Assembly: GCA_951406725.2 (NCBI GenBank)
Contig: OX597824.1
Coordinates: forward strand, 37,696,001-37,760,000
From: Octopus vulgaris
Taxonomy: Eukaryota
Direction: 5' to 3'
DNA: 64,000 bases
Positions 1-12,318 of the stretch are shown here, piece by piece. How positions within the stretch are numbered: position 1 is the stretch's first letter; each line of letters starts with the position of its first letter. The notes below the pieces were generated by a model, which was not told the origin of the DNA, searched no databases, and saw only the letters and a program-made list of their open reading frames with translations. Both the position numbers and the translations under genes were made by a program.

Positions 1-169
1 TATGATAGAATTTCTCAAGGCGAATACCGCAGTATTACTGTATTCTAAGAATACATCCACGTCAAAAAGAATATGATGTGTGTGTGTGTGTGTGTGTGTG
101 TGTGTCTATACTTGTGTATGCGTGCATGTCTCAATATTTGTGAACGCATGACTATCTGTTTGTTCCAGG

Positions 170-1985
170 TTCGCTACAAAACTACCAGAAAACACCTATA
201 AGACAAACATATATATTATTACTTCCCATGTGATGTGAAAGGTTTATTTCGATCTACATATAACCAAAGTGATTGAATTAGGTTCTAAATGAATTCAGAT
301 AAGTTCATTTGCTGTGGAGTCTTTGTATAAAGGAGAATATCTTTTTGAGCTCGAAATTTGAAAATCTGTTCTCACAGAGGAGAGTGCATAATATTTGTTA
401 GTCAAATAGTCACCACTATTATATGTTTCTCAAACGCATATGTAAGTTGCAAGTGGGTATCAAGAACACAAACCTGTCAAAACTTATTGGAATCGTCCCT
501 TACAACTCATTGATATTAAAAGTCACTGACATACTCATCACTATTAAATTCTGTCTCTCAAATCAACTGAGAATGTGTGAAAGTATGTCAGGAAGAATCG
601 TATATTAATATGTAGGCTCTTCAAAATCAACGCACAAAATAAAAAGCGATCCATTTCCAGTAAAAGAGTACTTTAGAATCAATGAAGCACATTTGTTCAT
701 TTGAAGCTTTCTATTCCACAAACGACAACCTGCTTCTAACTAAAACGATCCAACAAGTCTACTTAATAATCTGTAACAGATATTTTCTATGAAAATAATC
801 TGTAACAGATATTTTCTTTGGAAACTACGATCAAGTTTGTATTATTCAGTCTTTACCAAGAATATTTCTTTGTATGTCCACTGTTTTAGTCTGAAGTCTC
901 ACCTTTATACACATGGAATAAAAACAGAATTGTATTAAATAACGCAATCGTGGATATTGTCTTCTAGGTTTGTTTAAATATGAGACCTTGAGAGGATTCT
1001 ACAGTGTTCATGTAAGCCAGCAAGAGCGTTTCTATCTTCGTATACTGTTTCATTGCCCAACATTCTTCGAAGATTTGCTATAAGTTCACCAGTTCAAGAT
1101 CAACAGTGTACCATATAGAGAAAGCATTGTTTCGAGCGAGAGCTTCTTGAAGATGTAAATAGTATCACAGTTACCTGCCATTTCAAAAATTCTTTGATTA
1201 GTTTGCTGCAACAATATGCCATTTCTAACTCGCATTAACCATTTAGTATTTAATCTGACAACATCTGGCCAAAATATTCTTCCTGTTTCATGCTCAAACT
1301 CACCAGCTCCAGCCTCTCACACCTATCCTACAATGTTAGCCTAAAAAATATACAGTCATGTAATCTAAATCTCAAAGCTACAAGATAATGAAGGATACAT
1401 TCGAAACAATGTGAACAAATAAGCGTTACATTTGATAGAGCAATCTGAATGCTAAAGGATTAAGACAGAATAACAAAACCGGATCTCTTACATTTTAAAC
1501 ACTAGACTCAGTTGAAACATTTAAATAAGTTAGTTGACAACAGTAATGTCACTTTGTTTAAGCAGTTCAAGACGAATTATAGTCTAGCGCTCGGCTTTCC
1601 GAAGGTTAAGCAAAATCATCATAGTAACTTTCATTATGATGTTCTGCATGAGACACTTTACAACACTGAAGAAATTTAACAAGGAATTATAAATAATGAA
1701 CCAAAGCTGCAGCCTGATCAAAGAAAAGCAATATGCTCAACAACAAATCACAGTGTTTAGTTTCAGAAAAGTGGAATAAATTTCGTTGATGGTTGGCAGG
1801 AAATGGAAAACATTTCTCACGAACATGTTGGTAAAATACAAGAACAAACTGGAGATTTCATACTACGTTAATTATTCTAGGCTTGTGGTAACTTTGCTGC
1901 TTAGAGTCAAGACGATCTATAATGTATTCAAACGCTGTTTCATGTTGGGGACAAATAAAGATCTTACATTGTCAGACACGCACAT
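170..1985 (+). mobile_element. Decayed Helitron RepHel (Rep nuclease C-terminal region plus start of Pif1-like helicase)
   Basis: Frameshifted motifs occur in Helitron order: IVPYNSLILK (~492-520, cf. VVPYNPxLL), YSVHVSQQERFYLRIL..PTFFEDL..PYRE..LLED (~1000-1152), and LQPDQRKA..FVDG.AGNG/KTFLTNML..TLL..KTIYNVFK (~1707-1932, Walker A region). Boundaries are approximate. Confidence 0.8.
1239..1459. mobile_element. piggyBac-type MITE nested in the Helitron relic
   Basis: TTAA on both sides (1235-1238, 1460-1463). Imperfect TIRs CCATTTAGTATTTA / TGAATGCTAAAGGA. Confidence 0.75.
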
Positions 1986-2503
1986 GTAAGTATATTTGCT
2001 AGTGTTTATTATACATTTATATATATAAACTGGTCATGATGGTCTGGATTCCTGCTTTGTCCATTTCATCTTTGCGCAACCCCACTAAGTTCGTTCGATA
2101 GCTGCACAGCTTTCTGTTGTATTTGTGTTATATGTATAATTATTTTGTTTCTTCTGTTGTATATAGCCGTAAGGCTTCGCGCTGTTGTATATGAATAATT
2201 CTTTGTCTGTTGTATTTATATAAAGTCTTGTTTGTTTCTATCTTAATATATACTCGCTAGCTTTTCCCCGGTAGCTTAATAAGAGTACTGGCGCCTCCAA
2301 AACTGCGTGGTCTCAATGGTAATGGCACGAAACCACCATCATAGTTTGGGTCATTGACATACGAGGAAGACTCAGCGGCGAATATTCTGTGTATCGTGTC
2401 TTTGTCTAAATTTCCCATCCGTTAAGTTTTCGTCTAGTTTCCTGTTTGCTCTGCTTTCGTTTAAAATTTTTCTCCTTGTTGTGTTCTTTCTGCTCAACCC
2501 TTA

Positions 2504-2576
<73 letters not shown>

Positions 2577-2774
2577 CACACACACAGCTGCATGTAATGT
2601 TGAATCAGTTACGGCAGAGATGCTTGATGCTTCTCACAGGCAACACTTTACATTCTGACAGAAGATATTACCCTTTTACACACTGGAGTTAGAAGTATGA
2701 CACAAGTGGATCTTAAAGACCAAGATTCGAAGGCGCAATAATACTCAGAAGCTATTGATATCAACATATATCGT

Positions 2775-2964
2775 AGGTGTCGCGATGCCAGAACCGTTAG
2801 CACGCCGGGTGAAACGGCATTTCGTCCGTCTTTATGCTTTGAGTTTAAATACCACCGAGGTTGACTTTAGCTTTCAACCTTTCGAGGTCGATAAAATAAG
2901 TAACATGTAATCGACTGAGTCTTTGCCTCGAAATTGCTGACCCTGTGCCAAAATTTTAAACCAA
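2775..2964 (+). mobile_element. tRNA-derived SINE family A (OK-like), diverged copy
   Basis: GTTAGCACGCCGGG head, degenerate B-box and the core CCGAGGTTGACTTTAGCTTTCAACCTTTCGAGGTCGATAAAATAAGTA. Flanking ATATCAACATA repeat. Confidence 0.8.
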
Positions 2965-3053
2965 TATCAACATACATCAGTATGCAAATATTATTGATGG
3001 TTTCTATATCTATATTTATGAAATAACTCTACAAACAATTCTGTCATATAATT

Positions 3054-3442
3054 GATTTCAAATTTTGGCACAAAGCCAACAATTTCGGGGGAGTGGGTGG
3101 TCGATTACACCCAGTATCAACTTATACTTATTTTATCGACCCCAAATAGATGAAAGTCAATGTCAACCTCGGCGGTATTTGAAATCAAAACGTATAGACG
3201 GACGAAATACCTATTTCTTTACTATCCACAAGGGGATAAACACAGAGAGGACAAACAAGGACAGACGAACGGATTAAGTCGATTACATCGATCCCAATGC
3301 GTAACTGGTACTTATTTACTCGACCCCGAAAGGATGAAAGGCAAAGTCGACCTCGGCGGAATTTGAACTCAGAACGTAATGGCAGACGAAATACGACTAC
3401 GCATTTCGGCCGGCGTGCTAACGTTTTTGCCAGCTCGCCGCT
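3054..3442 (-). mobile_element. SINE family A, dimeric copy
   Basis: Reverse complement of the family A head (GCCAGCTCGCCGC at 3' end) and two core units. ATTCTGTCA is repeated in both flanks. Confidence 0.9.
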
Positions 3443-3811
3443 TTATTCTGTCAAGTGCAATATTTTACAGTAAATTTTACATTTTACTAACAAAACATAG
3501 ACTATCCCAAATTCTAGAATATCAATATTGAAATTTCTTTCAGCGTCGCCCAAATTTCACAGAACCACGCAAATATGAAACAATATGAAAAGCTTAACTA
3601 GTTGTGTCAATCAGTTACTGGTGTATAAAATCATCAAGTATGAAATTTGTAGTAAGGAATACGGTAAACTTTGACAGCTGCTCATTTTGCGCCATTATTA
3701 TATTTTGACAATATTTTTTTTTAGAAAGCTGACACATCTATTTCTTTATTCTAACTCATTTTGCGCCTTATAAAAAATATATAAATCGTTATTTGCTCCT
3801 TCTGTTTAGAG

Positions 3812-4275
3812 ATGGGGTAAGTCGGAAATTCGTACAGTTTTGAAATATGAGTTCTTTCTTAGAAATACAGTATCACAAACAGTTCTGGATGTTAATGGAG
3901 TATTTCATTCTAATGTTATTACACAGCAGACAGTATCAAATTGGTTTGCAAAATTTTGTTTTGGTAACTTTGACCTCACAAATGAGCAACGCGGTCGACC
4001 AGAAACAAAGGTGGATAAGGACGAACTGAAAACCGCCGTCGAGATAGATCCATCTCAAAGTATCCGTGAATTATCGTTGTTATTTCGTGTTAGCAAGCAA
4101 ACAGTATTGACTCACCTAGTTCAAATCGGTAAAGTGAAAAAGTTGGATAAGTGGGTTCCACATGAGCTGAATGAAAATCAAAAACAGCAATGTCTGGAAG
4201 CCTGCCTTATACTACTTTTCGTCACAAAAATGAAGCATTTTTGAATCGAATTGTAACATGTGATGAGAAATGGAA
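3812..4275 (+). mobile_element. Mariner transposase N-terminal fragment (pseudogene)
   Basis: ORF 3840-4244 has the HTH region (WFAKF..GNFDL..RGRP) and the WVPHEL motif. A frameshift then leads into FLNRIVTCDEKW (first catalytic D). The rest is missing. Confidence 0.92.
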
Positions 4276-4882
4276 ACTAAAACTTCTACTGAAAAGAAAC
4301 TATGAATAAAAAATCTATCTACTTTTACTGCAACTGAAAGAAATTGGGTCTCAGTTTTCATTTTACTTTTGTCACTGCAGTTTTGACATTTTGGTACAAT
4401 GCAAAGTTGTTGATAGTTAATAGTTCAGAATTTAACACTGTCAAATATTCAATGCTGATAGAATTTAGACTATAATTATTTTGGTGAAACACTTGACACC
4501 TCACAGGCAATATCTTCACATCACAATCACCTACCTGTATACGACAAACAGGTTCGCATGTTCATATGTTCACAAATATGCATCTTTCATCCTTGACGGA
4601 ATGTTCCATCAAAGACAAATTAAAGCTTTTACATGGTTAAGTATGATCTGAGCCTCGAGACCTTCTTCGTTGAGAGGAACTACTTGACTTTATTTTAATT
4701 GTATTTACTATAAAGTCAACCTAGTGGAATCCAGTTCAAAATACGGAAAGGTCTTTACTTAGCTGTGTAATCTATTAAAAAAAAACACTTTTGTACAATC
4801 ACACGGTGTTCGCATTACTTACATTGAGGAACACTGAATAATATTTAAAATTCCGCAGAGTGTGTAATATCAGAATTAAATA

Positions 4883-5435
4883 AAGCAGCGAGCAGGCAGA
4901 ATGATTAGTACACCGACCGAAATGCTTAGCAGTATTTCGTCTGCCGCTACGTTCTGAGTTCAAATTCCGCCGAGGTCGACTTTGCCTTTCATCCTTTCGG
5001 GGTCAATTAAATAAGTACCAGTTACACACTGGGGTCGATATAATCGACTTAATCCATTTGTCTGTCCTTGTTTGTCCTCTCTGTGTTTAGCCCCTTGTGG
5101 GTAGTAAGGAAATAAGTATTTCGTCTGCCGCTACGTTTTGAGTTCAAATTCTGCCGAGGTCGACTTTGACTTTCATCTTTACGGGGTCGGAGTCGATCTA
5201 ATCGACTGGCTCCCTACCCCAAAATTTCAGGCCTTGTGCCTACAGTAGAAAAGAATAGTTAGCACGCTGGGTAAACTGTTTTGAAGCATTTCGTCCGTCT
5301 TTACGTCCTGAGTTCAAATTCCGCCGAGGTCGACTTTGCCTTTCATTTCTTTCAGGTACGATAAAATAAACACCACTTGAGCACTAGGGTCGATGTAAAT
5401 GAAGTACCCCTCCCCTGAAATTGCTGGTTTTGTAC
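4883..5435 (+). mobile_element. SINE family A, trimeric composite
   Basis: Three core units (GAGGTCGACTTTG..TTTCAT). The 17-bp direct repeat TAATATCAGAATTAAAT flanks it at 4865-4881 and 5436-5452. Confidence 0.9.
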
Positions 5436-7189
5436 TAATATCAGAATTAAATGCCTTATTTAATGTATTTAACATATTATTTATCACATGACATGAACCG
5501 TCTACGACATTCCAACCAAAAGGCAAGGAAATATTTCAATGAAAAGTTAAATTATCAATAGGAGACGTTGGTGGAAAACAGTGGGATTGAACTTAGTACT
5601 ATGAAATAAACTATTTAACCACACCGCCATGACTGTTGATACTACTTGTATAAGAAAGCTAAATACCCGCCAATAATAAAATCAGTATGACGCCTCGTAT
5701 CTTGCATCCAAACTATTTATAACCTCTATTGAAAGAAAACATAACGATTTTATGGATTTGTATAAAATTGTAAAATCGAAAAAGAAATATTTGTATATTT
5801 GTGTATTTGTAAGTTGAACTGTTTTCTAAAATAATATATACAATCTCTATAGTCAGACATTTTCAATGAAAGTAAACAATATTCAATCCAAGACTTATTT
5901 AGCTTTCGTTCTTTAAAAATTAAAATGATGAAACAATATTATTAGCAGAACTGCGTCGTTTCCAAGTTCTTTCGTAGTTGTGACTGAAATCCTATTCCAC
6001 TCTATTTTTAACAAACGACTTATATCAGCCTACAGTTACTCTTTTGATTGGAATGTATTAGGAAGAAACTGTGAGGAAGCCCGTTATATATATATAGGAA
6101 GTTTGAAAACGCCACTATATAAGATAAATTTTAATTTTCTTAGAAATGTTTACATGTTTCGGTCCTTCTTGAAAAAACGAACCATATCAAAAATATTTTA
6201 AAATGTTAAGTGTAATAAAAAAGTTCATAATTGTTTCTTACTGGTCTCAACAGAATCCACATGATGGTTTTTTTGTGGGGAGGAAGCATAATAGCTGTCT
6301 TATGAGTTGAATAAAATAAGGAAATGACCAGTGGCCGGTCATTAGTTATATATATATATATGCGAGTATATGTGCCTGCACGTGGGTTTATGTGTGAGGC
6401 GAGGAGTGTAAATTTCACTGGTGCTTTACGGTGAGTAGGTAGAAACAGCAAAAAAACGATGAATCACTTCCTTCCAACGAAATACCTTGTGGTATTTATT
6501 CCATCTGCGTAGCCTTGACTCTTAGTTGTTTTTGAAAATGTAAATAAAATAAAACATTGTTTGCCCTTCTCAGCCAAAGGAAGGCAGCTGGATATTTTCA
6601 TAGTGAGGCACAACTGATAGCTGGATCCATACTAGAAGTGATAGCACATGTTCAACATTACAAGTCATCAATGACCGGACATTGGACGAGGGCGTGCAAG
6701 AACGGTTTCGTCGCTCAGGGCGCAATTTGGACGGGTCCGGTTAACGGAACTTCCGTGTCTGTAAAGATTACCTCGAACTAGCATTGCCTTCCGGTATCAC
6801 TACCAATCAACAGATTTCAGGAAATTATCCATGGCTGCCAGCCAGAAAGACCTCAGAATTAAGGTTTATATATATACACACACATGTGTAAATTATATAT
6901 ATATTGTATATGTAGACGTATACATATGTGTGTATATATCAATATGTATGTATGCTTGTATGTATTTATATATACTTGTATGTGAGTGGTGTGTTTGGTA
7001 GATAGGCAAGCAGACAGATTGACGGATAAATAAATAAATAAATTTTGAACTAAAATCTCCAAAGTTTGGATTTAGCTGCCAGTGCTGAGATGTTTCTCAA
7101 GTCAATATCAGTTAGATCTAAAATGTTCCAGTTCACCAATCTATAAATAGAATTGTACAGATTACCATTGGACGTAAGATTAGCTTTAT

Positions 7190-7232
7190 AATTGACGCGT
7201 TTCGTTAATTTATTTTTAGAATCCTCAGAATT
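7190..7232 (-). ncRNA. Minimal type-I hammerhead ribozyme motif (stem II eroded)
   Basis: Minus strand reads AATT-CTGAGGA-(18 nt)-GAAA-CGCG-TC-AATT: full catalytic core, palindromic stem III and 4-bp stem I. Confidence 0.6.
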
Positions 7233-7659
7233 TCCCAACTATAGCAGGGAGAGGTTTCGCTCGGTTAATTTGCAACCAACAGTTTAAATGAAGACGAAGT
7301 CATCAACTTATGTCTGCTAATCAGTAGCTTACAGTAGATTTTTTTCTCTTTTTTTCTGCCCAACTCTATCACTCGCTCTTTCACACACACACATCGAGAC
7401 GTTCTACTTAATTGATATTTATAATTACTTGGTCACATCACTCATTATAGAAGAATTGCTGCGTCTATAAGAATTAGTGAAGGGAATCTGGCTTAATTAT
7501 AAAACACAGAACGGTTGATCTGTTTGTAAATTAACTGACGCAAAGAAATAATTCTGTAGACATATATGTAAATATATGGAAATTATAATTTTATATTGAA
7601 GTGATAAAATAGACACAATTTTAAGTTTATTAAACGAGTACGATAGCACAAGAAATGTT

Positions 7660-8057
7660 GGATCTTTTCGGTTTGAACGGCAGTTTTTAACATAATTTCT
7701 AGGTAACTAAATAATTTTAAACTTCGTATACTGGTAGAATGTGTTTATAAAACATCTTTTTCTCCTGGCTTTATTGAGAAAATTCTATAGTTTGTAAGAT
7801 ATTTGTTGTATTTTTTCTTCAATTTCTGCAATTTCAACCAATCACTGACGTCTATTGAGGTAAAAAAAACATTCTGTGCCGTATGAATATGTCCCTCGTT
7901 TAAGAAACAGATTGGGTTTATTTACATTTGTGAAGAAAAACAGATGCCCTTCCCGCCACCCCTACCTTAACCCTAGATCGATACTAGGATCATAATTATG
8001 GGTGACAATTTCATATGACACCGCTAGAAAAACCTGCCGTTCAAACCGAAAAGATCC
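7660..8057. mobile_element. Non-autonomous DNA transposon (MITE) with ~29-bp TIRs and 8-bp TSD
   Basis: TIR GGATCTTTTCGGTTTGAACGGCAG / CTGCCGTTCAAACCGAAAAGATCC. TSD GAAATGTT at 7652-7659 and 8058-8065. Confidence 0.92.
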
Positions 8058-8214
8058 GAAATGTTTAGTCGAACCCATGATTCAATTTTGTTTTTCAATC
8101 GGAGTTATTTCTTTTACACTACTAATGCACATGAATACCACAACGTCACATTTTTTCTGGTTATCATAAATCTGAGTATTGTACCAAATCAGAACTCAAT
8201 ATTAGGCAATTCTA

Positions 8215-8400
8215 AGGCGGCGAGCTGGCAGAATCGTCAGCACGCCGGGTAAAATGCTCAGTGGCATTTCGTCTGTCAAATGCCGAGTCGACTTTAACTT
8301 TCATCCTTTCGGGGTCGTTAAATTAGTACCAGTTGAATACCGGAGTCAATCGACTTACCACCTCCCCCGAAATTGCTGGCCTTGTGCCAAAAATTGAAAT
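8215..8400 (+). mobile_element. SINE family A
   Basis: Head GGCGGCGAGCTGGCAGAATCG and core TTTCATCCTTTCGGGGTCG. TCAATATTAGG in both flanks. Confidence 0.85.
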
Positions 8401-9079
8401 CAATATTAGGTGACTCTAAACCTGTATACAAATATACAAATGACAGCGATTTTTAAAGTCACTGGAAAATGTATGACACCAACGAAGTACAAACAATAGT
8501 ATTTAACAATGCATAGGTAAGTACTGGAATTATTACGAGTTACAATTCTCAGAATTGATGTAGAATTATGGCAATCATTAGCTGCCTGTGTCACTTTAAT
8601 AGGTCTAATAATATAAATTCTCTTTAATTCTTTTACTTGTTGCAATCGACCAGCTGTGACCATGCAAATTAATATATTTTAATAAACTACACACACCGGA
8701 ACATAGAAACGATAAATCTAATTAAATAGCTAAATCTAGTTATCCAGCTCAGATAATCTCTTCTCAAAAGCAATTAAATACAGTTGCACAGTTTCGATAA
8801 TCCGTTCTTAACAGTCCATCTTTATTTAACTTTGTGATTGCATTAGCTGCCATTATTATCAGAACGTTTTTTTTCATCTTCTCCACTGTTTGTCGTATTC
8901 TTTTTTATCCAGTTTCTACTTTTGCAGTTAGTGTCGTTTTTGAGATGTTTATCAATTTACCTGAAATTTTCTTTTTATGAACACAAACTATTTTCTATTT
9001 CGAACGTCGTCTTGGCCAGACACGTTTCACCAAAATGCTGACGAGTTTTTTTTTTATATAATGTTTGCGACGATTCTCA

Positions 9080-9434
9080 GGCGACGAGTTGACAGACTCG
9101 CTACTGTGACGGACAAAATGCTTAACGGTGTTTGACCGTCCTTACATTCTGAGTTCAAATTCCGTCAAGGTCAGCTTTTCCTTTCATCCTTTCATCCTTT
9201 ATATTTTATCAAGGCCGAAAAAAAAAAATATTGAATACAACTGCCACTACTAAAATATTTATTTGTAAAATTTTTGAATTTCATTTTCTGTTTTAAGCTA
9301 AAACCTGGAAGAAATTCGAAAACAAAAACTCTAGAAACCTCAAGAATATTAATTTCAAATTTTGGCACTCGGCCAGCAATTTTTGTGGGGGCGGGGGGAT
9401 TAAGTCAATTTCTACAATGCTCAACTGGTACTTA
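9080..9434. mobile_element. SINE family A split by an inversion (5' half +, 3' half -)
   Basis: Head and B-box on + at 9080-9197. The family A 3' portion (AAGTACCAGTTGAGCA..TTGCTGGCC..GTGCCAAAATTTGAAA) is on - at ~9352-9434. Confidence 0.65.
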
Positions 9435-9496
9435 AAATGAAATTCAAAAATTTTACAAATAAATATTTTAGTAGTGCCAATTGTATTCAATATATA

Positions 9497-9800
9497 TTTA
9501 TTTTTTTCGGCCTTTTCAAGCCTAGCCAGGCTCATGGGCCCGGTTTCTGTGGCGTATGTGTTCCCCTCAGCTGGAAGGGACACCAGTCCATCGCAGCGTT
9601 ACCCAAGAAACAGGAAAAAAGAGTGAGAGTAAGTTGTGGCGAAAGAGTACAACAGGGGTCGCCACCACTCCCTGACGGAGCCGCGTAGAGCTTTAGGTGT
9701 TTTCGCTCAATAAACACACACAACGCCCAGTCTGGGAATCGAAACCGCGATCCTCCGACCGCGAGTCCGCTGCCCTAACCACTGAGCCATTGCGCCTCCA
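9497..9800 (-). mobile_element. tRNA-derived SINE family C, tail type 1
   Basis: Minus head GGAGGCGCAATGGCTCAGTGGTTAGGGCAGCGG..GGTTTCGATTCCC with A and B boxes. TSD ATTCAATATAT at 9485-9495 and 9802-9812. Confidence 0.9.
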
Positions 9801-9839
9801 CATTCAATATATTAATACATTCATATATATGTATCGATA

Positions 9840-10120
9840 TAGCTCATGATCATAAGGTCGTGAGTTCGATTTCCAGTGGAGCGTTGTGTCGTTGAGCAAG
9901 ACACTTTATTTTACGTTGCTCCAGTCTGCTGGCAAAAATGAGTAGCGCAAGTATTTCAAAGGGCCAGGTTTGTCATATTGTGTGTCACGCTGAATATCCC
10001 TGAATATCCCTGAAAACTCCGTCAGTGGAGTACTCAGCCACTTGCACGTTAATTTCATAAGCGGGCTGTTCCGTAGAACGGATCAACTGGAAACCCCATC
10101 GTCGTAACTGATGGAGTTCT
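9840..10120 (+). mobile_element. tRNA-derived SINE, 5'-truncated, sharing its 3' tail with the 56647 copy
   Basis: B-box GAGTTCGATTTCC, then TTGAGCAAGACACTT, then the tail GTGTCACGCTGAATATCCC..GGCTGTTCCG..GTCGTAAC. Confidence 0.8.
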
Positions 10121-10122
10121 AG

Positions 10123-10123
<1 letters not shown>

Positions 10124-10211
<88 letters not shown>
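10124..10211. repeat. (TA)n(TG)n compound microsatellite
   Basis: Direct reading. Confidence 0.95.
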
Positions 10212-10212
<1 letters not shown>

Positions 10213-10324
10213 ATGTCTTCGTCTATCATTATAAACTTATACATGTATGTATGTATACATGTATGTATACATGTATTTCTGAATGTTTCTATAAATATAC
10301 TTATGTATTCGCGTATATATGTAG

Positions 10325-10629
10325 TAAAACGGAAAACTGGAAAAAAAATTATTTGCTATTATTTATCCCGCATTATATATGTTTCATTACTAACAGGATT
10401 TATATAGGTATACAAGTAGAAATACTTGTATGACATCCCCTATTAATAATTATTAAGACCGAGAATTAAAATAAGTTTTTAAATAATAGTATTATTTCAA
10501 TTGTCAGTCTGAAGAATTACTAGTAAGAGATATCATACATGTTTATCTACTTGTAAATCCTATAAATAATGAAATTTATGTAATATGGAATAAATATTGC
10601 CAAATACTTTTTTTCAGTTTTCTGTTTTA
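10325..10629. repeat. Diverged ~95-bp inverted repeat with a hammerhead-like relic in the spacer (probable PLE terminal structure)
   Basis: 10325-10418 is the reverse complement of 10536-10629 (about three-quarters identical by eye). CTGAAGA-ATTACTAGTAA-GAGA-TA-TC lies at 10509-10534. Confidence 0.55.
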
Positions 10630-10834
10630 ATATCTAATTACACTGCAACAAGCATTTTCTCGAATAGTATTCTCCATTATTTTCAACTCTCATGTAAAAT
10701 ATAGCATATTCAAATATACTTTGGAATACCAGAATATACAGACGTGCTTCATGAGGATACAGCTTGGGGTATAACCCTATCAACATACTATGTATGCATG
10801 CATGTTTCCATATATATATATATATATATATATG

Positions 10835-11942
10835 CAGTGACCTACGATAAGCTTTTTAGCTACCCTGAATTTTTGAGATTTCACAATTTGTAACATGTTT
10901 CTTGCATTTCATATTGAATTTTCTCTTGTCTTTTGCAGATTAATAGACTTTTTTTCAAATGATATTTCACAATGAAAGTGAAAGGAAGTACAGAAATTAG
11001 CGAGTTCAAACGAGAGCAATTCAAAGGATGCTATCAGTGCGGGAAGTTGAACAAAGAAATAGTAAATTTTTTTTAAGGTAAATCATCAGACTGTTAATAA
11101 TATTGTGAAAAGGTTTAAAGAAAAAGGACATTGACGTGTGAAACCTCGCTCGTGAAGGCCGAATATAATTTCGGATAGAGAAAACAGACCACTGAAGAGG
11201 AAAAAATCATCAGAAACCGCCATCTTAGCGTCAGTGAGGTTGCAAACATGGAAATTTCACCATACTCTGTAAGAAAAGTCCTAAAAGGAATAGGATACGA
11301 AAAAGAAATTGCAAGAAAGAACCATTGATTTTAGACACCAACAAAGGGAAAAATTACGATTGGGTTAGGGAGCACGAAGACAAGGAATATGAATTTTGGC
11401 AGGCCTTGGCGTGGTCGGATAAAAGTAATTTTTGCCAATATTCGAACTCAAGGCAAGTCTATGTATGGAGGGACAAAACTGAATGTTTGCCAGCGACTGT
11501 GAAATATGGTAGGAATTGAGTCATGGTTTGGGAGCCTGTCTGGGCAGGAGGAAAATCAGCTAATTTTTGTGGAAAACCGGTTGGATCTGTGATATACTAG
11601 AGAAGGGACTGCTTCCGATTTACGACACAGGTAAAATGGATAAGAACACTTCTCTTTTTCCAAGATGGAGCACCATGTGATACGAGCAAAGTTTCTGAGA
11701 AGAAATACATGGCATCAAGTCCCTCAAGTGGATACCTAAAAAGCCCCAACTTGAACCCCATCGAGCATGTTTGGAAGTAGCTTGACAAATTCGAGCTAAT
11801 TCTGCCAAAATTATGTCCGTGGTAGTCCTCAAAAGCATTCTCTTGGAAACATAGAATAACAGGGATCAAACTATTGTTGTTTAGTCGCAACAATGAAAGA
11901 CTAGGTAAAAGGTGTGAAACTCGCAAAAGATGGCTCTACCAT
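10835..11942 (+). mobile_element. Tc1-family transposon relic
   Basis: Starts CAGTG after a (TA)n run. Motifs EISEFKREQ, WSDKSNF, TVKYG..VMVW, FQDGAPC and SPNLNPIEHVW (DD34E region) are broken by stops and frameshifts. The right end is lost. Confidence 0.9.
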
Positions 11943-11944
11943 CA

Positions 11945-12318
11945 GTTCGGCATAAGAGACCGATAGAATAAGTACTAGGCTTACAAATCAATCCTGGGAT
12001 TGATTTGCTCGACTAAAGGCGGTGCTCCAGCATGGCCGCAGTCAAAATGACTGAAACGAATAAAAGAATAAGTAGAATATATATATATGTGTGTGTGTCT
12101 GTGTGTATGTATGTTTGTGCTCATCCCCCACCACCGCTTAACTGTTGTTGGTGTGTTTACGTGTCTGTAACTTCGCAGTTTGGCAAAACAGACCGGCAGA
12201 ATAAATACCAGGCTTTAAAAAAAATAGGTCCTAGGGATCGATTTATTCGACTAAAAATTCTTCAATGCAGTGCCCCAGCATGGCTGCAATCTAGTGACAA
12301 ACAAGTAAAAGGTAAAAG
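11945..12318 (+). mobile_element. Two 3' fragments of SINE family B
   Basis: GACCGATAGAATAAGTACTAGGC..GGTGCTCCAGCATGGCCGCAGTC occurs twice and matches the 3' half of the 57568 copy. Confidence 0.85.

Noticed and set aside
2030-2500. Pyrimidine-rich segment between microsatellites, possibly a PLE terminal repeat
   Set aside because: It looks repeat-like, but no ribozyme core, TIR or TSD could be established.
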